A stretch of 64,000 nt of DNA from a bacterium (GTDB lineage: Bacteria; Acidobacteriota; Thermoanaerobaculia; Multivoradales; J023): the NCBI GenBank assembly GCA_024226315.1, contig JAAELT010000565.1, positions 10,305-74,304 on the forward strand, read 5' to 3'. The position numbers and the translations under genes were made by a program. Shown here piece by piece: positions 47,826 through 55,569 of the stretch (position 1 is its first letter; the number at the start of each line of letters is the position of its first letter). The notes under the pieces were generated by a model. The model was given only the letters and a program-made list of their open reading frames with translations, had not been told where the DNA came from and did not search any database.

Positions 47826-47943
47826 CTTGGGTTCTCCAGCGTCAGTTCGAGTGAGCGGATGCCGTTTCCAGCAGCCAGTATTCGGGGAGTAGCGGAGACC
47901 AGCGAGAATGACCGGTGCGTCTGAAGTCCGTCTTGCGTCGTGG

Positions 47944-47960
47944 TTAAGCTCCTCTTAAGC
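47944..47960 (-). promoter_or_regulatory. TTAAGC-N5-TTAAGC direct repeat (11-bp phase)
   Basis: GGTTAAGCTCCTCTTAAGCG, 120-135 nt upstream of the ATG at 47825. Confidence 0.45.
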
Positions 47961-47985
47961 GTGGGGCCTCAGCGGGCTGGGAACG

Positions 47986-48013
47986 AGAAAAGCCGCCGGT
48001 GGGTGCCGGCGGC
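47986..48013 (-). terminator. intrinsic terminator after the 1116-aa subtilase gene
   Basis: The minus strand reads GCCGCCGGCACCCACCGGCGGC followed by TTTTC. Confidence 0.6.
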
Positions 48014-48074
48014 GGAAGAGGAGAAATGGGCTTCGCTGGGGACGAAGCTGTACCGAGGGTACTCGTGCTCGAGC

Positions 48075-51000
48075 CTACTCCTGCGGCACCCAGACATTGA
48101 TCGCCGCCGGCTCGGCCAGAGCCTGGCTCCAGAGATAGGCGTCGTAGTCGGCGTAGGCGTCGGTCCACAGATAGGCATCGGTCCACAGGTAGCCGCCCGT
48201 CCACAGGTAGGCGTCGGTCCACAGATAGCCGCCCGTCCACAGATAGCCGCCCGTCCACAGGTAGCCGTCGGTCCACAGATAGGCGTCGGTCCACAGATAG
48301 CCACCCGTCCAGACGTGGCCGTCTTCGAGCAGGGGCCGTGGACAGTCTTGGACGCAATTCGTGTCCATGATGTAGAAGTTGCCGGTCGAGTCGAGATTGG
48401 CGCCGCCGCCGTAGTGCTCGGTGCCCGCGAGGTCGAGGGCCACGTCGAGACCGTAGTTGGCGCAGCCCGAGGCGGCCGAATAGACAGCGTCGTAGGCGTG
48501 GGCCATCCCCGCACCCTGTTGGAAGATGCTGTAGTGGAGCGTGCCGTCGGGCTTGATCGCGGGTCGCGCGGAGGCCATCACCCGGCACTTGATGTCGTCG
48601 GGGCTCAGCACAGGGTCGGATTCCAGCATCAACGCCGCGATTCCGCTCATCACTCCCGCTGCCTGCGAGGTGCCGGACATGTAGAAATAGTCCCCGTCAT
48701 TGTCATAGAGCCACTCAGGATGCTGGCTGGGGAGGGTGTCACTCGGATCCACTAGCCCCAGCAGATGGCCGCCGGGAGTGACGATCTCTGGTTTGATGAA
48801 ACCCTCCACGGTCGGCCCGGCCGATGAGAACGAGGTCAGATAATCGTCGCCGAGCTGCTCCGGGGTGCCGGCGTCTGACATCGCGCCGACGGTGATGACG
48901 TAGGGAACGTTCCCAGGAACACCGATGGTCATCGGGTCCGGCCCGAAGTTGCCTGCCGAGGCCACGACCACGATCCCGGCTTCCCAGGCAGCCATCACCG
49001 CCTGGTTGAGTGGATCGTCCCAGTAATGGGAGTGGGGCTCGGCACTGATCGACAGGTTGAGCACCCGGATGTTGTAGGCAGACTGGTTCTGCACGATCCA
49101 ATCGAGCCCGCGGATGACGTCGGCATAAGTGCCCTGGCCGTTGACGCCGAACGCCTTGACCGCCACCAGGTTGGCGTCGGGAGCGATGCCGTTGTGCTGG
49201 AGGGAATTGCCCGGCTTCTGACTGTTGAGGATCACGCTCGCCACATGAGTGCCGTGACCGTGTTGATCCTGTGCCGTGCCCTCGCTGTCTGCGATGGCGT
49301 CGTATTGCGCCAACAGGCGGTTCTCCTTGCGGGTGTTCTTCTTCAGGGCGCGCTTCGGCTTGATGCCGGTGTCGAGCAGCGCGACCGTGATTCCGTCGCC
49401 GGTGACGCCCTGATCGTGGAGCTGTCCCGCGTTGACGAGAGTCGCGACCTCGGAATCGGGCGTGGCGGGGAAGGCGACCTCGACGTTGTCGACGTAGAAG
49501 TACTCGTTCGAGCCGCCGTACAGGTTGGTAACCCGAAAGCGGATCACGGGGTCGGAGTCGAGATCGCCCGAGAGGTCGTAGCTCCGCTCGCCCGAAGTAG
49601 TGCCGCTGATGCCGGTGATTGACTCGAGCAACGAATAGCTCGAGCCGCCGTCGGTGGAGACCTCCACTGCCACCGCATCGCTCGAGTCGACGCCCGGGGA
49701 GGTCCGGAAATCGAAGCTGAGGACCGCCTGGCCGGCGCTGCCCGAGAGGTCCGCCCGGCGTGCCGCGCTCGGCTGGCCGCCGGTGTTGGGCTGATCGTCG
49801 AGGCGCAGCTCGCCGTAGATGACGCGCACCTGGCCGGCTCCGGGGCCGGTGCCGCCGGCCTCGGGGTCGTCTTCCAGCCAAGCGCCGATCCAGCCGACCG
49901 AACCGTCGTCGTTGCCGAAAGATGCGGCGCTGAACTCGTCGCGAACGTTGCTGGTGCCGCCGCCGGTGGCGCCACCATCGCCACCGCCGCCACTGCTCGC
50001 GACAGTGTAGGTGATCTCAAGAAGCGGCTCCTCGTCGTCCTTCTCGCGACTGGAGAGTTTGGCCTCGCCGTCGGCTCCGGTGGGATCCAGGAGCACGCCG
50101 TGGTTGGCATGGATACCGGCCACCCAGTCCCCGGCCAGGGCGGTGACGTCCACTTCCTGCCAACCCTTGGTGTCAGGCGAAAACGAGCCCGCCACCGCCG
50201 CGTCGAAGTCGCCGCCGGGGCTCGCCCAGGAGCTCGGGTCGTCGTGGTGGATCCAGTCGGCACCACTGTCGCTGTCACCGATGCCTTCGGCCCAGCTGGC
50301 GTCGAGGCGGTGGACGTTGATGGTCTGATCGGACCTGTCGCCTGTCACGTTGAGGTGCAGCTTGGCAGTGCTCACCGACACCCCGGCCGGGACGGCGGAG
50401 AGATCGAAGCGCAGCAACACGCGCTGGATCTTGCCGGCTTCAGGCTTGAGCTTGAGGTCGTTGTCGTCGCCTTTGTTATCGTCCGTGTTGTCCTGCCTGA
50501 TGAAGGTGTCGGCGACGGCGGGCAAGAGGACGGTCGTGGATGGTGGGGGCCCGCCCCCGCCGGTATCGTAGGACACGCTGAGCAAGGGCGCGGCTCCCGA
50601 CTCGCCCTCGTAGGACTTTGCCGTGCGCTCGCCGGAGCCGGAGACCACGAAGACCATGCTGTTGCCGCTCGCCCAGCCGGGACGGTTGACGACCTCCTGC
50701 ACCAGCGCCGAAAGGTCCGGCGTCAGGTGCTTCTCGCTCACGCTCGACCAGGGCGCCGGGTTCCAGCCCACCGCGGCACTCGTGGTCGGACGGCTGCTGA
50801 CGTCGAAGGCGTTGGAGGTGAACACCGCGGCGTTGTCCGCGGCCTCCGCTTTGAAGGTCAGCGAGGTGGCCACGCTGTCGGTCTCGTCGGTCTCGAGCTC
50901 GATCCGCGCCGAGGTGATGGTCGCCCCGGCGGGGATCGCCAGGTTCTGGAAACGGATCCCAACCAGCTGCGCAGTGGAGCCCTCGTCGACCAGCTCCAGA

Positions 51001-51425
51001 TCCGAGCTGTTGATGTACATCGAACCGCTGCCAGCGTTCTCTTCCACGTCGTCCGAGCCCTGGCTCACCCGCGAACTGATGGTCGTGACCGCTGAAACCC
51101 GGACCGCGGCGTCGCCGTAGATCCGACGCACGGCAGCCGAATGCTGTAGCCCGTACTCCTGCGCCGGGGTCAGCCGTGCGCCCACCGCGTGGATGATTCC
51201 GAGCTCATGGGTGACCGTCGCGCCCGCGGCTTCGACGGCCGTTCTGACCGTCTCGAGATCGGTGCCCTGGACGATGAAGGAGGCTGTTGTTTCGGGGGCC
51301 GAAGTAAAGGCGTCTGGTGTGTCGCTGCAGCTCGAAATCAGGAGGAGGCCGAGGATCATCTCTATTGCTCCTACGATCGTCATCGAGCTGCGGGCGGTGC
51401 TGTTGCCTGTGGAATCTCGGAACAT
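48075..51425 (-). CDS. large S8 subtilase, class B (I9 propeptide, about 550 aa of extra beta-sandwich-like modules, YLWT[DG] tail)
   Basis: Possible lipoprotein signal LLLISSC (alternative ATG at 51383). I9-like segment is FIVQGTDLETVRTAVEAAGATVTHELGIIHAVGARLTPAQ. Triad motifs are VALLDTGI, HGHGTHVAS and MSGTSQAAGVMSG. The tail has 9 units then ALAEPAAINVWVPQE. Confidence 0.9.
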   Translation of the reverse strand: MFRDSTGNSTARSSMTIVGAIEMILGLLLISSCSDTPDAFTSAPETTASFIVQGTDLETVRTAVEAAGATVTHELGIIHAVGARLTPAQEYGLQHSAAVRRIYGDAAVRVSAVTTISSRVSQGSDDVEENAGSGSMYINSSDLELVDEGSTAQLVGIRFQNLAIPAGATITSARIELETDETDSVATSLTFKAEAADNAAVFTSNAFDVSSRPTTSAAVGWNPAPWSSVSEKHLTPDLSALVQEVVNRPGWASGNSMVFVVSGSGERTAKSYEGESGAAPLLSVSYDTGGGGPPPSTTVLLPAVADTFIRQDNTDDNKGDDNDLKLKPEAGKIQRVLLRFDLSAVPAGVSVSTAKLHLNVTGDRSDQTINVHRLDASWAEGIGDSDSGADWIHHDDPSSWASPGGDFDAAVAGSFSPDTKGWQEVDVTALAGDWVAGIHANHGVLLDPTGADGEAKLSSREKDDEEPLLEITYTVASSGGGGDGGATGGGTSNVRDEFSAASFGNDDGSVGWIGAWLEDDPEAGGTGPGAGQVRVIYGELRLDDQPNTGGQPSAARRADLSGSAGQAVLSFDFRTSPGVDSSDAVAVEVSTDGGSSYSLLESITGISGTTSGERSYDLSGDLDSDPVIRFRVTNLYGGSNEYFYVDNVEVAFPATPDSEVATLVNAGQLHDQGVTGDGITVALLDTGIKPKRALKKNTRKENRLLAQYDAIADSEGTAQDQHGHGTHVASVILNSQKPGNSLQHNGIAPDANLVAVKAFGVNGQGTYADVIRGLDWIVQNQSAYNIRVLNLSISAEPHSHYWDDPLNQAVMAAWEAGIVVVASAGNFGPDPMTIGVPGNVPYVITVGAMSDAGTPEQLGDDYLTSFSSAGPTVEGFIKPEIVTPGGHLLGLVDPSDTLPSQHPEWLYDNDGDYFYMSGTSQAAGVMSGIAALMLESDPVLSPDDIKCRVMASARPAIKPDGTLHYSIFQQGAGMAHAYDAVYSAASGCANYGLDVALDLAGTEHYGGGANLDSTGNFYIMDTNCVQDCPRPLLEDGHVWTGGYLWTDAYLWTDGYLWTGGYLWTGGYLWTDAYLWTGGYLWTDAYLWTDAYADYDAYLWSQALAEPAAINVWVPQE
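48123..48302 (-). repeat. 18-bp coding tandem repeat (9 units, one AYADYD interruption)
   Basis: [GA]YLWT[DG] x8, plus AYLWSQ. Confidence 0.9.
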
Positions 51426-51548
51426 GGTGTCTTCCTACGATGAGTTATGGGTTCCGTCTCTCCAGAAAGACGAAACACTGCCAAACGAAACACTGCCAAG
51501 TCGATTTCGATTCTGGCCGGCGAATGTTGGTCCTAGCTGTTTCTCCCG

Positions 51549-51565
51549 TTAGGTCGGTGTTAAGC
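51549..51565 (-). promoter_or_regulatory. TTAGGT-N5-TTAAGC direct repeat (11-bp phase)
   Basis: CGTTAGGTCGGTGTTAAGCC, about 125-140 nt upstream of the ATG at 51425. Confidence 0.35.
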
Positions 51566-51594
51566 CGAACGCCTGGATTCTGCTCGCTGAGCGC

Positions 51595-51623
51595 GAAAAA
51601 GCCGCCAGCGGATGCCGGCGGCG
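51595..51623 (-). terminator. intrinsic terminator after the 448-aa subtilase gene
   Basis: The minus strand reads GCCGCCGGCATCCGCTGGCGGC followed by TTTTTC. It is followed by the same conserved 3-prime UTR block (GGAAGAGGAGAA.TGGGC.TCGCTGGGGA) seen at 48013..48050. Confidence 0.6.
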
Positions 51624-51683
51624 GAAGAGGAGAAGTGGGCGTCGCTGGGGAACGAGGCCGTGCAGGAATCTGTCTCGAGAGAT

Positions 51684-53030
51684 CTACTCTTGATCCACCC
51701 AGATGTTGATCGACGCTGGCTCGGTGAGGCCTGTGCTCCAGAGGTAACCGGTGCTCCAGAGGTATCCGGTGCTCCACAGGTATCCGGTGCTCCAGAGGTA
51801 GCCGTCGCCGGCCACGTGGCTGCCGTCCCACTCGAAGCCCTGGTGGCCCTCGATGTAGAAACTGCCGTCGGAGGCTTCGCGCACCGGGCCGGCGTAGTGC
51901 TCGACGCCAGCGAGATCCAGAGAGACGTCGATGCCGCCGTTGGCGCAGCCCGTTTCGAGGGAGTACACGGCGTCGTGGGCGTTGACCATACCGGCGCCCT
52001 GCTCGAAGACGGTGTAGGCGAGCTCGTCATTCTCGTCCACCGCCGGCCGGGCCGAGGCGATCAGCCGGCACTTGACCTCGTCGGGGGTGAGCGACGGGTC
52101 GGCCTCGAGGATCAGGGCGGCAGCGCCCGTAACCATGGCCGCTGCCTGGGAGGTGCCCGACATGGTGAAATAGGTACCGGCGTCGTGGAATTCGGGGTGA
52201 TCGACGGCGATCCGCGCCGAGTCGTCCATGAGCGCCTTGATGTGTCCGCCGGGCGCCACCACCTCGGGCTTGAGGAAGGCCTCGAAGCTCGGCCCCGCCG
52301 AGGAGAACGTCGCCAACAGATCGTCGGTGCCGTCGTTCGGGGTGTAGTTGTCGGTCATCGCGCCGACCGTGATCACGTACGGCACGTTGCCGGGCACGCC
52401 GATGGTCATCGCGCCGGGGCCGGTGTTGCCGGCCGAGGCGACCACCACGATCCCCGCCTGCCAGGCGGCCATCACCGCCTGGTTGAGCGGGTCGTCCCAG
52501 TAGTGGGAGCGGACCTCGGCGCTGAGCGACAAGTTCAGCACCCGGATGCCGTAGGCTTCCTTGTTGGCCACCACCCACTCGATACCGCGGATGACGTCGG
52601 CGTAGGTGCCCAAGCCTTCGTCGTCGAGCGCCTTGACCGAAACCAGATCGGCGTCGGGGGCGATGCCCAGATACTGGCCGTTCTGTTTCTTGGAGTTGAT
52701 CGCCACCGAGGTCACGTGCCCGCCGTGACCGTTGCCGTCGTCGCTCGACCACCACACCTGCTGGTCGGCGATGGCGTCGTACTGAGCGAGCAGGCGGTTG
52801 CGGTTGAACGTGTCTTTGTTGAGATTCTTGTGCGCGTAGTATCCGGTGTCGATCATCGCCACGGTGACGCCGTGGCCGGTGACGCCCTGCTCGTGGAGGA
52901 GGTCGGCCCCCACCAGACTCGGCGAGGCCACCGCTTCGGCGGTGCACCAGAGCAGCGCGGTGATCGCCAGCAGCACGATCAGCGAGGTCGGTCCGTTACT
53001 CTTTGTCGTGTACATCGTCTTGTCCTTCAC
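51684..53030 (-). CDS. S8 subtilase, class A (no propeptide)
   Basis: Triad motifs are VAMIDTGY, NGHGGHVTS and MSGTSQAAAMVTG. The tail has 4 x GYLWST then GLTEPASINIWVDQE. Confidence 0.9.
   Translation of the reverse strand: MKDKTMYTTKSNGPTSLIVLLAITALLWCTAEAVASPSLVGADLLHEQGVTGHGVTVAMIDTGYYAHKNLNKDTFNRNRLLAQYDAIADQQVWWSSDDGNGHGGHVTSVAINSKKQNGQYLGIAPDADLVSVKALDDEGLGTYADVIRGIEWVVANKEAYGIRVLNLSLSAEVRSHYWDDPLNQAVMAAWQAGIVVVASAGNTGPGAMTIGVPGNVPYVITVGAMTDNYTPNDGTDDLLATFSSAGPSFEAFLKPEVVAPGGHIKALMDDSARIAVDHPEFHDAGTYFTMSGTSQAAAMVTGAAALILEADPSLTPDEVKCRLIASARPAVDENDELAYTVFEQGAGMVNAHDAVYSLETGCANGGIDVSLDLAGVEHYAGPVREASDGSFYIEGHQGFEWDGSHVAGDGYLWSTGYLWSTGYLWSTGYLWSTGLTEPASINIWVDQE
51732..51803 (-). repeat. 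18-bp coding tandem repeat (4 units)
   Basis: The plus strand reads GGTGCTCCA[GC]AGGTA[AT]CC repeated. Confidence 0.9.
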
Positions 53031-53137
53031 GTAGTTGCCGCACGGGTTCCGCTCATGCGCAACCGCAGATTCTCGTATTCACGTCACCGGTGGCACTGAT
53101 CGTGCCGCGTGAGCTTGAAGCTCACTTTCAGGCGAGA

Positions 53138-53154
53138 TTAAGGTCGCTTTAAGC
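53138..53154 (-). promoter_or_regulatory. TTAAGG-N5-TTAAGC direct repeat (11-bp phase)
   Basis: GAGATTAAGGTCGCTTTAAGCC, 105-125 nt upstream of the ATG at 53030. Confidence 0.45.
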
Positions 53155-53158
53155 CGGG

Positions 53159-53575
53159 TCAGCCTGTCGAGCGGATGCCGACTTCCCGATCCGCGTAGAT
53201 CCGGGTGACGGCTTCGTGCTGTTCGAGGGCGGCGATCTGGGCCGGCGTCAGCCGGGCGCCGACGGCGTTGATGATCCGCAGCCGGTGGGTGATCGTGCCG
53301 CCGACCTCTTCGACCGCCGCCACCACTGCCTCGAGCTCGCGGCCCTGGACGATCATCGCGGAGACCGAGTCCTCGGCGGCCGGCTCCACGATGGCAGTTT
53401 CTTCGGGCACGGCTTCGGGCACGGCGTCAGCCGCGCTCTTCGGCGTCGAGGAGCACGACATCAGAACCGAAGCGACGGCGACGGTGAATACCAGGTTGGC
53501 GCACCAATGGAATCTCTCGAGCATGGCATTGTCCCTGTACTCGTCGCGCGGCATTCGCGCCTCCGAGCCGATCAA
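53159..53575 (-). CDS. stand-alone peptidase-inhibitor I9 (subtilase propeptide-like) protein, probable lipoprotein
   Basis: AMIVQGRELEAVVAAVEEVGGTITHRLRIINAVGARLTPAQIAALEQHEAVTRIYADREV aligns with the propeptides of the class B subtilases. Signal has VLMSC. The maximal ORF starts at a TTG overlapping the regulator stop. The ATG at 53524 (MLERFHWCANLVF) is the more likely start. Confidence 0.7.
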   Translation of the reverse strand: MIGSEARMPRDEYRDNAMLERFHWCANLVFTVAVASVLMSCSSTPKSAADAVPEAVPEETAIVEPAAEDSVSAMIVQGRELEAVVAAVEEVGGTITHRLRIINAVGARLTPAQIAALEQHEAVTRIYADREVGIRSTG

Positions 53576-54330
53576 GCTGCTGAGGTGAGCTGCATACGGG
53601 GAACGCTGGATTCGAGGACCAGGCCGGATCGGTAACCGACGCCCCGGACGGTGAGGATCAGCTTGGGATTTGCCGGATCATCTTCCAGCTTCTCGCGCAG
53701 GTGCCTGACGTGGACGTCGATCGTTCGCTCGACCGAATAGTGTCCCGGGCCCCAGGCCGCGTCCATGATCTGGCCTCGGCTCAGCACTCGGCCCTGGGCT
53801 TGCGCCAGGGCCTCGAGCACGCCGAACTCGCGCAGCGTCAGGTCGATGGGCTCGCCGTGCTTGAAGACCTCGTGACGATTCGAGTCGATCACGAGCGGAC
53901 CCAGTTTGAGGCCTTCGTACTCGTCCTCGGCGGAGGGTCGGCCGCGGCGCAGCACGGCCTTGACGCGGGCGGTGAGCTCCTGCGGGCTGAAGGGCTTGGT
54001 GACGTAGTCGTCGGCCCCCCAATTGAGCGCCAGCACCTTGACGCTTTCGGCGCGGGTGGCCGAGAGCATGATCACCGGGATGTCCAGATCCTTGCGTACC
54101 CACTTGAGCAGGCCGAGGCCGTCTTCCGGCAGGCCGGGGGCCGAGAAGTCGCGCCCCAGCGAGATGTCGAGGATCATCGCCTCGGGTCTTGGGTCGAGCC
54201 CCAGGCGCTGAACGGCCTCCAGCACGCTGGCGGCGGTGCGCACGGAGAAGCGCTCCTCCTTGAGGTCACACCTCACCTGATCGAGCACGTTCCTGTCGTC
54301 GTCGACTACCAGAATCTCTTGCTGACTCAT
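53572..54330 (-). CDS. OmpR/PhoB-family response regulator (REC plus winged helix)
   Basis: Start set to the ATG at 54330 (MSQQEILVVDDD), with GGGGGTGA upstream. Phospho-acceptor context is MILDISLG. The wHTH region reads LTLREFGVLEALAQAQGRVLSRGQIMD...TIDVHVRHLREKLE...ILTVRGVGY. Confidence 0.9.
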   Translation of the reverse strand: MSQQEILVVDDDRNVLDQVRCDLKEERFSVRTAASVLEAVQRLGLDPRPEAMILDISLGRDFSAPGLPEDGLGLLKWVRKDLDIPVIMLSATRAESVKVLALNWGADDYVTKPFSPQELTARVKAVLRRGRPSAEDEYEGLKLGPLVIDSNRHEVFKHGEPIDLTLREFGVLEALAQAQGRVLSRGQIMDAAWGPGHYSVERTIDVHVRHLREKLEDDPANPKLILTVRGVGYRSGLVLESSVPRMQLTSAA

Positions 54331-54397
54331 CGCTTCACCCCCGGCTACGGCGCTACCTGCGGAAACGGTTGCCACTGTGCGGACTCTAGGCCCGCCT

Positions 54398-54444
54398 CGT
54401 TACGATCCTCATTAAGCACCCGCTGCGTTACGATGAACATTAAG
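54398..54444. promoter_or_regulatory. two copies of CGTTACGAT-N4-ATTAAG, 28 bp apart, in the divergent regulator/manC promoter region
   Basis: CGTTACGATCCTCATTAAG (54398..54416) and CGTTACGATGAACATTAAG (54426..54444). Each contains TTACG and TTAAG pentamers 12 bp apart. Confidence 0.3.
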
Positions 54445-54519
54445 AAACCAAGCGCCTTGGATATACTTCGCCTCCCGGCGCCACGAGTGCCACCGGCATT
54501 TTCACCCCATGGAGGAACC

Positions 54520-55566
54520 GTGCAAGCGTTGATTCTGGCGGGCGGCAGCGGCACCAGGTTCTGGCCGCTCAGCCGCCGCGGCCGACCGAAACAGCTCCTG
54601 CCGCTGGACGGCGAGCACAGTCTGTTGCGGCAGACCGTCGATCGCCTGCCGCCGGAGATCGAGCCGGCAGCGGTGTGGGTCTGCACCACGCGGGCGCTCG
54701 CCGAGAAGGTGCGTGCAGAGCTCCCCGAGGTGCCGCCTGATCAGATCCTGGCCGAGCCCGAGGGGCGCAACACCGCGCCCGCCATCGGCTGGTCGATCCG
54801 CACCATGCCGGCCGCGGTCCGGAACGAGGCGATCGCCGTGCTGCCCGCCGACCACCGCTTCGGCGACGCGGCCGCCTTTCGCCGCGCCCTGGCCTTGGCG
54901 GCGAGGGTGGCCGAGCGCGACGACCGGGTGGTCGCTCTCGGTGTCACCCCGCGCTGGGCGGAGACCGGCTACGGCTATCTGGAGCTGGGCGACGAGCTCG
55001 ACGCCGCCATCTCCCTACGCCAGGTGACGAGATTCACCGAGAAGCCCGACGCCGATACCGCCCAGGAGTACCTGCGTGGGGGCCGCCACGTGTGGAACGC
55101 CGGTATATTCGTCTTCCGGGGCACCACACTATTGCGCCACCTGGAGCGTTTCGAGCCCGAGATCGCGGCCGACCTGGAGGTCATCGCCGGGACGCCCGAG
55201 CGCACGGACGAGATCTATCCGAGGCTGAAGTCGATCTCGATCGACTACGCGGTGATGGAGCGCCTCGATTCGATCGTTACGTTGCCGCTCGCCTGCGAGT
55301 GGAACGACCTGGGATCGTGGGAGGCGCTCGCCGAGGTGCTGGGCGAGGACGAGGACGGCAATCGCGGGCGTGGCGACGCGCTGGCGATCGACGCCAGGGA
55401 CAATCTGCTCTTCGCCGACGAGGGCTCGGTCGCCGTGCTCGGGGTCGAGGGGCTGGTGGTGGTGCGCACCGCGGACACGGTTCTGGTGATCCCGAGGAAT
55501 CGCTCGCAAGAGGTGCGGCGGATCGTCGACGAGCTGAAGACCCGCCGGCGGACCGATCTGCTCTGA
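54520..55566 (+). CDS. mannose-1-phosphate guanylyltransferase (nucleotidyltransferase domain only)
   Basis: GTG at 54520 with GGAGGA 4 nt upstream. Motifs are ALILAGGSGTRFWPLS and EPEGRNTAPAI. The upstream part of track ORF 53701..55566 is antisense to the regulator gene. Confidence 0.85.
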   Translation: MQALILAGGSGTRFWPLSRRGRPKQLLPLDGEHSLLRQTVDRLPPEIEPAAVWVCTTRALAEKVRAELPEVPPDQILAEPEGRNTAPAIGWSIRTMPAAVRNEAIAVLPADHRFGDAAAFRRALALAARVAERDDRVVALGVTPRWAETGYGYLELGDELDAAISLRQVTRFTEKPDADTAQEYLRGGRHVWNAGIFVFRGTTLLRHLERFEPEIAADLEVIAGTPERTDEIYPRLKSISIDYAVMERLDSIVTLPLACEWNDLGSWEALAEVLGEDEDGNRGRGDALAIDARDNLLFADEGSVAVLGVEGLVVVRTADTVLVIPRNRSQEVRRIVDELKTRRRTDLL

Positions 55567-55569
55567 GCC

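Noticed and set aside
38488-51803. The seven blocks of 18-bp tandem repeats could be mistaken for CRISPR arrays or minisatellites.
   Set aside because: There are no spacers. The units are contiguous, in frame, and inside long ORFs with intact subtilase domains. They encode the hexapeptide tails.
38443-51803. The protease tails could be multi-core RiPP precursors (repeated aromatic core peptides).
   Set aside because: No maturase (radical SAM/SPASM, P450, cyclodehydratase, YcaO and similar) is encoded in or next to the locus. The only radical SAM gene in the window is the GRE activase about 36 kb away. I kept this only as the weaker autoprocessing idea in the findings.
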